DNA of 38,886 nucleotides from a virus. The notes beneath the pieces are model-generated. The model saw only the letters and a program-made list of their open reading frames with translations, was not told the DNA's origin and did no database searches. Each line of letters begins with the position of its first letter. The first letter of the stretch is position 1. The stretch lies in UHGV virus genome UHGV-0147235. One strand, written 5' to 3'. The position numbers and the translations under genes are program-made. Below are positions 8,596 through 15,992 of this stretch, one piece after another.

Positions 8596-9402
8596 ATGCA
8601 AGCATTTAAAAATATAGCTAAACCACCTAAATTTAAAAGTAAGGTTATTAAAAAAGAAAAAGGTTTGAAGTGTGAAAAGTGTAGTCGTAACTATGACTAC
8701 TACGAGTTTGAAAAACAAGATGGATCAATACAAAAAGTCAAATTTGGTTGTGATTGTGAGATGAAAGAGTTTGCTAGACAATCAACTGAGAACTATCACA
8801 AGAAACAAAAACGTATAAAAGCTAAGAAGATATTTAAACAATCTATTATCAATCAGTCACTAGCAAATGCTACATTTGATAATTATGAGATAGATGATAA
8901 TACTCAACCACAATTAGCTAAAGCAAAACGCATATGTAAAAAATACGCTGATAGCTTCAACTTAGACAATAAGCAATCATTACTCATCCAAGGTTCATTT
9001 GGAACAGGGAAATCACACTTATCTATGAGTATCGTTAAAGAAATTAAAGCAAAAGGTTTTACTGTTCTCTATATGAATGTACCACATCTTATTTCAACAA
9101 TTAAAAATACATATAACAACGATACTAATATGACTGAACAAGAATTAGCAAAAATCATTAGTGATGTAGATTTGATGGTGTTTGACGACTACGGAATTAA
9201 TATGAATGATTTTGCTACCAGCAAGATGTTTGAATTGATAGAAAGTCGTATTGGTAAACACAATATATTCACTACTAACTTAGATGAAAAAGAAATGACT
9301 AGAAGTAAAGATTTGCAACGTATATTTAGCAGAATCATGAGCAATACAACGCTAATCAAAATGGATGGTCAAGATTATAGAACTAAGGGGCTGAGATTTT
9401 GA
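8596..9402 (+). CDS. DnaC/IstB-like AAA+ helicase loader with N-terminal zinc ribbon
   Basis: Walker A GSFGTGKSHLSMSI, Walker B LMVFDDYG, N-terminal CEKCSRN...CDCE. Confidence 0.8.
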   Translation: MQAFKNIAKPPKFKSKVIKKEKGLKCEKCSRNYDYYEFEKQDGSIQKVKFGCDCEMKEFARQSTENYHKKQKRIKAKKIFKQSIINQSLANATFDNYEIDDNTQPQLAKAKRICKKYADSFNLDNKQSLLIQGSFGTGKSHLSMSIVKEIKAKGFTVLYMNVPHLISTIKNTYNNDTNMTEQELAKIISDVDLMVFDDYGINMNDFATSKMFELIESRIGKHNIFTTNLDEKEMTRSKDLQRIFSRIMSNTTLIKMDGQDYRTKGLRF

Positions 9403-9563
9403 TGACAAAAGACAATATTAAGCTAATACTTGACTGTTCAGATGTTTATGCTCAGAAATTAATTAGATGGTCAAATTGCAATGAAAAGGCATTAGTCAAC
9501 CTAATTAATCAGAAATTAGAAGAACGTCGAAAAAGAGAGGCTATGGTTGAATATGGGGCTTAA
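9402..9563 (+). CDS. Small ORF (53 aa) translationally coupled to the DnaC-like gene
   Basis: ATGA overlap with the upstream stop codon. Not in the ORF track (<60 aa). Confidence 0.3.
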   Translation: MTKDNIKLILDCSDVYAQKLIRWSNCNEKALVNLINQKLEERRKREAMVEYGA

Positions 9564-9795
9564 AGAAAATCAACCTAATGCTTATGATTTATTTGAAAGT
9601 GATGGTTGGCCTTTGTTGAGAGTGCTACCTAGAGATGATGGCTCTTTCTACTTAACCAACTTAGGTGGTATGGCTGAAAAGCACTTTAAACAGTTTGTAA
9701 CAAAAGATGAACTAGCAGAGATGAAACGAAAACATAAATTATTTAAGCAGAAAGAGTTACAACATCAAACAACCATAGATGAATTTCTGTTGTAG
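9547..9795 (+). CDS. Hypothetical protein
   Basis: 82-aa ORF. AGAGAGG lies 7 nt upstream of TTG 9547. Confidence 0.45.
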   Translation: MNMGLKENQPNAYDLFESDGWPLLRVLPRDDGSFYLTNLGGMAEKHFKQFVTKDELAEMKRKHKLFKQKELQHQTTIDEFLL

Positions 9796-9798
9796 GAA

Positions 9799-10212
9799 GT
9801 GAACAACTTGAGAATAGAGATTAAATTTAATGAAAATTTTAAAGCACCTATTGGATCACCTAGGCCACGATTTAGAAACGCTGGAAGATTTGTACAAACC
9901 TATATGCCAACTTCCTATATGAATCATAAAGATTATATTAGAAAACAAATGCCTAAATTATTACTTACTAGCAGTTTAAAAGTATCGTTATTTTTCTACT
10001 TTATCCCTCCAAAAAGTTGGAGTAAAAATCAAAAATTACTAGCGATAGGCCAGTATAAAAGGACAAAGCCTGATATAGATAATTTAATAAAAACTGTACT
10101 GGATGCAGCGAACAATAGATTGTGGAAAGACGATAATCAAATTGTAGAAATTTATAGTTTTAAACAATACGCAGAACGACCAAAAATCATCTTAGAATTG
10201 GAGGAATTATAA
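9799..10212 (+). CDS. rusA: RusA-family Holliday junction resolvase
   Basis: PIGSPRPRFR...KPDIDNLIKTVLDAAN...WKDDNQIVEI. The true start may be TTG 9808 (AGGAAGTG 6 nt upstream). Confidence 0.8.
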   Translation: MNNLRIEIKFNENFKAPIGSPRPRFRNAGRFVQTYMPTSYMNHKDYIRKQMPKLLLTSSLKVSLFFYFIPPKSWSKNQKLLAIGQYKRTKPDIDNLIKTVLDAANNRLWKDDNQIVEIYSFKQYAERPKIILELEEL

Positions 10213-10398
10213 ATGACAAGAGAAAAAATAAAGTCGATACCTAGAGTGTATTTGAATGGTAAAAGTTACCGATTATGTGATGTATATAAATATTTTCCAG
10301 TATCAGATACGGCGGTAAGACGACGATATAAAAAAGGATTACGTGGTTCAGAATTAATTTATGGTAAGGGAGTCTATAAGTATGACACAAACCTATGA
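10213..10398 (+). CDS. Hypothetical small protein
   Basis: 61-aa ORF starting one nt after the rusA stop. Confidence 0.4.
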   Translation: MTREKIKSIPRVYLNGKSYRLCDVYKYFPVSDTAVRRRYKKGLRGSELIYGKGVYKYDTNL

Positions 10399-10606
10399 AC
10401 GTAATGAAGGTAGATTATCTGATGAAGAATATATGCAACTCATAAGAATAAGAGCAGCAAATGAAAGAGCGTTAAGGAACGAACGTAGGCAACAAAGAAT
10501 AAATCATCGTATTAGATGTGAACAGTTACTTAAAGAACATAGAGTCAGTAGCAAGTGGTTTAGGTATCTAGTAGAGAATGATATTTTCCCGAAAGTTAGA
10601 AGGTAA
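10382..10606 (+). CDS. Hypothetical small basic protein
   Basis: AAGGGAG lies 9 nt upstream of ATG 10382. Arg-rich. Confidence 0.45.
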   Translation: MTQTYERNEGRLSDEEYMQLIRIRAANERALRNERRQQRINHRIRCEQLLKEHRVSSKWFRYLVENDIFPKVRR

Positions 10607-11058
10607 TGAAAATGCAGAATATTAGAATAATTGATTTAAATACAAATGACATTGTCAAATTTCAACTCACTACAAAAGAGTACAAAACATCACATACTGG
10701 AATAGTCAAACGTGTATATGCAAAGAATGAAGGTATGCAAACAAAGTGGTATACAGATGTAGAAAATGCTAATGGTAAAAAGTTTACCATTAATGATAAT
10801 TACGACTTTATGAAAGTGAATGAACCTTTTATTCGTAAAGTTGACATGGTAGACCAGCCATCACACTATCAATTCGATAAGTTTAACGCACATGCCATTA
10901 TTGAAGCGGTTGGAAAAACTTATAAATCCGCTTCAGTTTTTTATCACGTAGGCAATGCACTTAAATACTTAATGCGATCACCTAGAAAAAATGGTTTAGA
11001 AGATTTAAAGAAAGCGAAACAAAGTATTGAGTTTGCTATCAAAAGTTGGGAGGAGTAA
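10606..11058 (+). CDS. DUF3310-domain protein
   Basis: C-terminal PSHYQF...IIEAVGKTY...GNALKYLMRSPRKNGLEDLKKAKQSIEFAI matches the DUF3310 signature as I remember it. Confidence 0.5.
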   Translation: MKMQNIRIIDLNTNDIVKFQLTTKEYKTSHTGIVKRVYAKNEGMQTKWYTDVENANGKKFTINDNYDFMKVNEPFIRKVDMVDQPSHYQFDKFNAHAIIEAVGKTYKSASVFYHVGNALKYLMRSPRKNGLEDLKKAKQSIEFAIKSWEE

Positions 11059-11741
11059 GTATGGTGTATATGTACGAGCCATTTACTCATACCGTAACAA
11101 AAACAACATTAAAACATTTGCACCATATTACTGATATCCCACTTAATACATTGTGTTACCAAAAAGAGAATGGCGTGTATAACGAGAAGCTAAGATGCTT
11201 TTTTACTGACTCATTACCTAGATTGAAAAAGAAACAAAAGTTTAATGAAAAAGTAAATCCAAAACATGAAATATGGAAGTATAGTGACAAGTACGATCTA
11301 TACGTAAGCAATCTAGGAAGAATGAGATTACCGAATGGCAAATTTAAATTTGGTAATGGATGTAAAGGTGTATTAACAGTGATTTATAAAAATAAGAAAT
11401 ACCGTGCTGCAGATATCGTATTTGAAACATTTATCAAAAATTTAAAGAGTGGCTACCATGCTTATCCGAAAGATAGTAAATACAACAATATTACTGCAGA
11501 TAATTTATTCTCAACGACCTTCAAAAAATATAGATTATATCGCAAGAATGACGGTAGAGCCAAAGCACTCTATCTCATTGATAGTAATAACGAAATCGTA
11601 GAAGAATTTGCTAGTACGGTAGAAGCATCTAGCATGTTATTTATTGATAGACGTCATATTGCGAGAAGGTGCAATAATCGTTGTGTGAATAAAGGACTGA
11701 TGTATATGTGGGCAGATGAATATGAGGAATTGAACGCATGA
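11046..11741 (+). CDS. Second putative HNH/NUMOD-type homing-endonuclease-like protein
   Basis: DLYVSNLGRMRLPNGKFK is NUMOD4-like; GYHAYPKDSKYNNITADNL is HNH_3-like; C-terminal ASTVEASSMLFIDRRHIARRC is a NUMOD1-like HTH. Confidence 0.45.
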   Translation: MGGVSMVYMYEPFTHTVTKTTLKHLHHITDIPLNTLCYQKENGVYNEKLRCFFTDSLPRLKKKQKFNEKVNPKHEIWKYSDKYDLYVSNLGRMRLPNGKFKFGNGCKGVLTVIYKNKKYRAADIVFETFIKNLKSGYHAYPKDSKYNNITADNLFSTTFKKYRLYRKNDGRAKALYLIDSNNEIVEEFASTVEASSMLFIDRRHIARRCNNRCVNKGLMYMWADEYEELNA

Positions 11742-11953
11742 GTAGTGTCCTAAAGTTAAATGAAACAGTAAAACAGACATACAAGTATCAAACAAAAGGT
11801 AAATCGCCTACTGAAGTTCAGCACGAACTAAAGGCTATGGGCATTGAAGGGTTTGTTATTCGTATGACAAATATACATGTAACAATACGAGTGTCCAAAG
11901 AAAATAAAATTATAAATAGGAAGTGTTTAAGGGATGGAAGCAGTAGAAAATAA
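11738..11953 (+). CDS. Hypothetical small protein
   Basis: 71 aa, ATGA overlap with the upstream gene. Confidence 0.4.
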   Translation: MSSVLKLNETVKQTYKYQTKGKSPTEVQHELKAMGIEGFVIRMTNIHVTIRVSKENKIINRKCLRDGSSRK

Positions 11954-12515
11954 GTTTTTATCTAATAAGAACTACATTAGACATCAAAGACTTTATGATG
12001 GAATGCAATATCTATTTAAAACAGATGATACAGATAATTATTTCAGTGTAGTGAAACATCAAATTTCTTACGGATATAAAGAAGGTTTATATGAACTTGC
12101 AAAATGTAAACAAATCAATGGAATAAATCATCTTATAAGTGAACCAATCGGATATCTTTCAGTAGAAAAAGTATTGAAAATTATTAATGGAGAAGAAAAA
12201 ATGACTAACACATTAGATCAATTAGTAAAACAAGTTGAAACATGGAGCGTAGATAAAAACTTACACAATGGTAATTCAGATAGACAAACACTTAAATTCT
12301 ATGAAGAAGCGGGTGAAATAGCTGCAGCATTATCTCGTGGACAAATGGACGCATTAAAAGATGGGATAGGCGATACTGTAGTGACATTAATAATCTTAGC
12401 ACAACAACAAGGTTGGACTTTAGAAGAATGTTTACAATACGCCTATGATGAAATTAAAAATAGAAAAGGTAAAACTATTAACGGTACTTTTGTTAAGGAT
12501 AGTGATTTAAATTAG
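11934..12515 (+). CDS. MazG-like NTP pyrophosphohydrolase, with a 90-aa N-terminal extension or fused upstream ORF
   Basis: C-terminal half FYEEAGEIAAALSRGQMDALKDGIGDTVVTLIILAQQQGW is MazG-like. An internal ATG at 12201 has GGAG 8 nt upstream, so this may be two genes. Confidence 0.65.
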   Translation: MEAVENKFLSNKNYIRHQRLYDGMQYLFKTDDTDNYFSVVKHQISYGYKEGLYELAKCKQINGINHLISEPIGYLSVEKVLKIINGEEKMTNTLDQLVKQVETWSVDKNLHNGNSDRQTLKFYEEAGEIAAALSRGQMDALKDGIGDTVVTLIILAQQQGWTLEECLQYAYDEIKNRKGKTINGTFVKDSDLN

Positions 12516-12517
12516 GT

Positions 12518-13006
12518 TTATATATTAGCTTTATTTTTATGTTTTTCAATTAAGTCTGCTATGGAAAGTAAGAAACCATCTTCAGTTTCAATATGAGAAG
12601 AAATTATTCCACGAGATGTTCTTAATTCTAAGTTATTTCCTTGATAGAAATAAAAATTATGTTCTAATTCAAAATAACAATAAAAGCGAGTTGCTCCATA
12701 ACTTTCAATACGAATAGGTATTTGATGAGTCTTAAGCTTAGGTCCATGTTTAGTAGAAAGAATTATTCTTTCATCTGTACTGCATATATTTTTATTGATA
12801 GAAATACCTGTAATAGAAATAGGCTCTGAAGAATTATTGATGATTTCAAAATGCGCATAAAAGTCACCGCCTGGAATGAAAAAACAGTTTGTTATTTGAT
12901 AATTAAGACTAAATTTTTGTCTTTCCCAAGTACGTAAAACATTATAAGCACTTACGAATAATGATAATAAAGCTATAAATAAAGAACCAATACTAATGAA
13001 TAACAA
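12518..13006 (-). CDS. Single-pass membrane protein with a beta-rich C-terminal domain, on the opposite strand
   Basis: N-terminal TM helix LFISIGSLFIALLSLFVSAY. 162-aa ORF in AT-rich DNA. Tail-to-tail with the MazG gene with a 2-nt gap. Confidence 0.55.
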   Translation of the reverse strand: MLFISIGSLFIALLSLFVSAYNVLRTWERQKFSLNYQITNCFFIPGGDFYAHFEIINNSSEPISITGISINKNICSTDERIILSTKHGPKLKTHQIPIRIESYGATRFYCYFELEHNFYFYQGNNLELRTSRGIISSHIETEDGFLLSIADLIEKHKNKANI

Positions 13007-13110
13007 TTTGAAAATCTCCTTTTATTTGATATAAGAAATTAAATTAATACCTTAACTATTATTAAAGCATTTTCCATACTAAAGATTAATTAAAGAATCG
13101 AGGAGTAAAA

Positions 13111-13575
13111 ATGACAGAATTAACAATTATAATTTTAACAACAATTTTTACATTAATACCTTTTTGTTTATATAGCTATTTAAGTAATAAAATATTAAAA
13201 ATTTGTTTATTCTTAATCGCAGAAGTAAGTTTAAGCATAGCGATTACATATGCAAGTTCATATCATTATTTAGAAATATTAATCACATTACTATTTCTAG
13301 TATCTCTATTTGAAATAGCCGAATTAAAGATTAAGACTAGAGAATTACGAGTAAATATGATTGGTACACAGAACGCAGTATATTCTATTAAGACATTAGA
13401 TCTAGGAGTTAAAGAGGGAGTAGTTAAAGATTATATTATTAGAGTGATGGATAATAATGATGAATTCATTGAAATAATGCAGCAACGGATTAATGAAAAG
13501 TTTTATGTGATTGAAGCAGGGAGTAGAGAAGAAGCTATTGAAAGATATAAACAGTTAAAAAAACATTCTAGTTAA
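13111..13575 (+). CDS. Polytopic membrane protein (3-4 TM) with a C-terminal soluble domain
   Basis: GAGGAG lies 6 nt upstream of the ATG. Strongly hydrophobic first 75 residues. Confidence 0.6.
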   Translation: MTELTIIILTTIFTLIPFCLYSYLSNKILKICLFLIAEVSLSIAITYASSYHYLEILITLLFLVSLFEIAELKIKTRELRVNMIGTQNAVYSIKTLDLGVKEGVVKDYIIRVMDNNDEFIEIMQQRINEKFYVIEAGSREEAIERYKQLKKHSS

Positions 13576-13600
13576 ATATTTAATTGTAGTTTACAATTAA

Positions 13601-14623
13601 ATGAAAAAGGAGATTTTTAATGTGAATTATAATATGTTTTGTCTTTTAGCTACTGAAAGTGGTGCTCAAGCATCTAATTTGGCTACTATAATAAGTGGTG
13701 TTATCAATGCAGTAGCTGTTATTATTGTATATTTATTAACTAAAAATTTTCAAAAAAAGCAAGATGAAAAATCTCAGGAATTTCAAGAGATGCAAGCAAA
13801 AGAGGCAAAAGATTTTCAGAAAAAACAAGATGAAGAATCTCAAAAGTTTCAAGAAAGAACAGCTAAAGAATCACATAAATTTCAAAAAGAATTAGCGGAA
13901 GAATCAAGAAAATTTCAAGAAAAACTAAATGATGATAACTTTGAGCGTAGAATAAAAGAAGAAAGACCTTATATAGTAGTTGAATCTCCTGAATTAATAT
14001 TCCAATATGATTCTACTTATACCAAAGACTTGTTAAATGTAAAGTGGGTTTATGAAGATGATATTCAAAAACAACTACTTGGAACAGATTATGAGTATAA
14101 TATTAGAGTATATTTGAGATTTAGAAATATTGGAAAAAGTATGGCTAAAAAGATAGAAGTTGTAAATACTTATATTAATGCAGATGAAAAATTAAAAAAA
14201 TTTGACGAATCTCATAAGCTTCCACATGAATTGAAAAGAGGAGAAATAAATGGAAATACAACAGTATATAGATTATATGAAGAAGATAAAGATTCTCCGA
14301 AAGTAGTGAGTTTTAATAATGAAGATGAGATGCCACATCATTATAAATTTGATTTACTTAAAAGTAATGATTTTATAAAAGTTTCAATAAATGAATCAGA
14401 TTTGAAGTTAATAAATTATTTTTTATTTTATACTTATGCTTTAATTCATTTACCTAAATTGAAGTTTTCTATTACATATTTCGATCAATATGATAATTTT
14501 TATAAGGATAATTTTAACATAATATTAAGGCCAATTAATACAGCTATAAATCCGGGAAAATTAAGTGATGATTATAAAAATGATAAGAGTATATTAATAA
14601 CTGCTGAAATTGAAAATACGTAG
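13601..14623 (+). CDS. Membrane-anchored protein with tandem degenerate KFQE repeats and a C-terminal globular domain
   Basis: TM helix LATIISGVINAVAVIIVYLL followed by four repeats (SQEFQE, SQKFQE, SHKFQKE, SRKFQEK). The true start is probably GTG 13622 (AAAGGAG 9 nt upstream). Confidence 0.6.
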   Translation: MKKEIFNVNYNMFCLLATESGAQASNLATIISGVINAVAVIIVYLLTKNFQKKQDEKSQEFQEMQAKEAKDFQKKQDEESQKFQERTAKESHKFQKELAEESRKFQEKLNDDNFERRIKEERPYIVVESPELIFQYDSTYTKDLLNVKWVYEDDIQKQLLGTDYEYNIRVYLRFRNIGKSMAKKIEVVNTYINADEKLKKFDESHKLPHELKRGEINGNTTVYRLYEEDKDSPKVVSFNNEDEMPHHYKFDLLKSNDFIKVSINESDLKLINYFLFYTYALIHLPKLKFSITYFDQYDNFYKDNFNIILRPINTAINPGKLSDDYKNDKSILITAEIENT

Positions 14624-14643
14624 TTTTAGAATGGAGGTCAGAA

Positions 14644-15078
14644 ATGTCTACAACTTATGAAATTAAACCTGGAACCTTCAAATATATAGAATCAGAAATA
14701 TATAGTCATTCTGAAAATAAAAAAGAAATAGATAGACTAAGATTGGCGATATTAAATCCTAGCAAACCAACAGATGAAAATATTATCTATGGTCCATTAG
14801 AAAAAGGATTACCAGTTAGAACAACAGAAGTCATGGCAACACGATTGCTCACGAACAAGATGCTGCGTAACCTAGAAGAAATGGTTGAAGCAGTCGAGTA
14901 TGTGTACAATAGATTGTCTGATGATCGTAAGAAAGTTATTGAGTTAAAGTACTGGAATAAAGACAGGAAACTAAAGATGGAACAGATTGCTAGTGAATGT
15001 CATATGCACCGCAATACTGTATCAAGTATTAGAAGAAACTTTGTAAAGGCAGTAGCTATGCATGTGGGAATGAAATAA
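14644..15078 (+). CDS. rinA: RinA/ArpU-family late-gene transcriptional activator
   Basis: Size, position immediately upstream of HNH, cos, terS and terL, and overall family resemblance. GGAGGT SD. Confidence 0.7.
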   Translation: MSTTYEIKPGTFKYIESEIYSHSENKKEIDRLRLAILNPSKPTDENIIYGPLEKGLPVRTTEVMATRLLTNKMLRNLEEMVEAVEYVYNRLSDDRKKVIELKYWNKDRKLKMEQIASECHMHRNTVSSIRRNFVKAVAMHVGMK

Positions 15079-15080
15079 GT

Positions 15081-15100
15081 TTGTGCATTAATTGTGCATT
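15081..15100 (+). promoter_or_regulatory. Direct repeat TTGTGCATT x2 (15081-15089, 15092-15100) downstream of rinA
   Basis: Two exact 9-mers one helical turn apart in the rinA-HNH intergenic region. Confidence 0.3.
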
Positions 15101-15229
15101 TGAAATGTATTTTAAATATATTATGATAGTGTGGATTAGATAGACTTATACACTAAGACGAATACTTATCAGAAGGCGTATCATTTATGTGGTACGTCTT
15201 TTTATTATACCTATAAAGGTGGTGTAGGT

Positions 15230-15544
15230 ATGGCTAGAATTGTAGGTAAAGGTAAGAACGGACGTAAGCAATATGAGTATGACTGGTTCTATCATTCAAA
15301 AGCTTGGAGCAAGTTAAGGAATATGGCACTTGATAGGGATAACTATCTATGTCAGAAGTGTCTAGCACATAACAAGATAACCAATGCTAAGATAGTCCAT
15401 CACATTGTTTACGTAGATACTGATTTTACTAAAGCATTAGACCTGGATAATTTAATATCAGTGTGCCAGGACTGTCATAATAAAATTCATGCTAACGATA
15501 ACGACAAAACGAACGAGAGAAATGTAAGAGTGATGAAAGTTTAA
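15230..15544 (+). CDS. Terminase-associated HNH endonuclease
   Basis: CQKCLAHNK...HHIVYV...NLISVCQDCHNKIH is an HNH motif. Sits next to terS/terL as in cos-type siphoviruses. Confidence 0.8.
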   Translation: MARIVGKGKNGRKQYEYDWFYHSKAWSKLRNMALDRDNYLCQKCLAHNKITNAKIVHHIVYVDTDFTKALDLDNLISVCQDCHNKIHANDNDKTNERNVRVMKV

Positions 15545-15583
15545 AAATTAAAATTGTTTTGAATTTCAAAATAAATAATTTTT

Positions 15584-15640
15584 GTACCCCCCTACCAAGC
15601 GAGCAAAAAGCGATTCTGACGGGGACCGGCGGGGGGTCCT
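15584..15640. other. GC-rich island with a C6/G6 inverted repeat: candidate cos site
   Basis: GTACCCCCCTACC...GGGGACCGGCGGGGGGTCC in an otherwise AT-rich genome, located between the HNH gene and terS. Confidence 0.4.
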
Positions 15641-15683
15641 TCGTTCGCAATGCGGATAACTTTTTCATGAAAGGGGGTTAACT

Positions 15684-15992
15684 ATGAAAATAACAAAAAA
15701 TAAGCTAATTCAATATATTGATGATTATCAAAAATCTGATGACATACTTATTTCTTTATATTTAGAAACTTACGAATTTTATTGTCGATTAAGAGATGAA
15801 TTAAAAGATAGTGATTTAATGTTGAGTCATACAAATAAAGCAGGTGCAACAAATATTGTTAAAAATCCACTTAGTATTGAATTAACTAAGACTGTTCAAA
15901 CATTGAATAACTTGTTAAAGTCATTAGGTTTAACTCCTGCACAAAGAGAAAAAATAGTTCAACAACAAGAAGATGGTTTCGGTGACTATTAA
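15684..15992 (+). CDS. terS: Terminase small subunit (P27-family-like)
   Basis: About 100 aa, immediately upstream of terL and overlapping it. AAAGGGGGT SD. Confidence 0.7.
   Translation: MKITKNKLIQYIDDYQKSDDILISLYLETYEFYCRLRDELKDSDLMLSHTNKAGATNIVKNPLSIELTKTVQTLNNLLKSLGLTPAQREKIVQQQEDGFGDY

Noticed and set aside
11156-11341. Minus-strand 61-aa ORF
   Set aside because: Antisense shadow inside the NUMOD/HNH-like gene.
15145-15200. AGACG...CGTCTT pairing followed by a T-run upstream of the HNH gene
   Set aside because: The loop is too long (about 35 nt) for a convincing intrinsic terminator.
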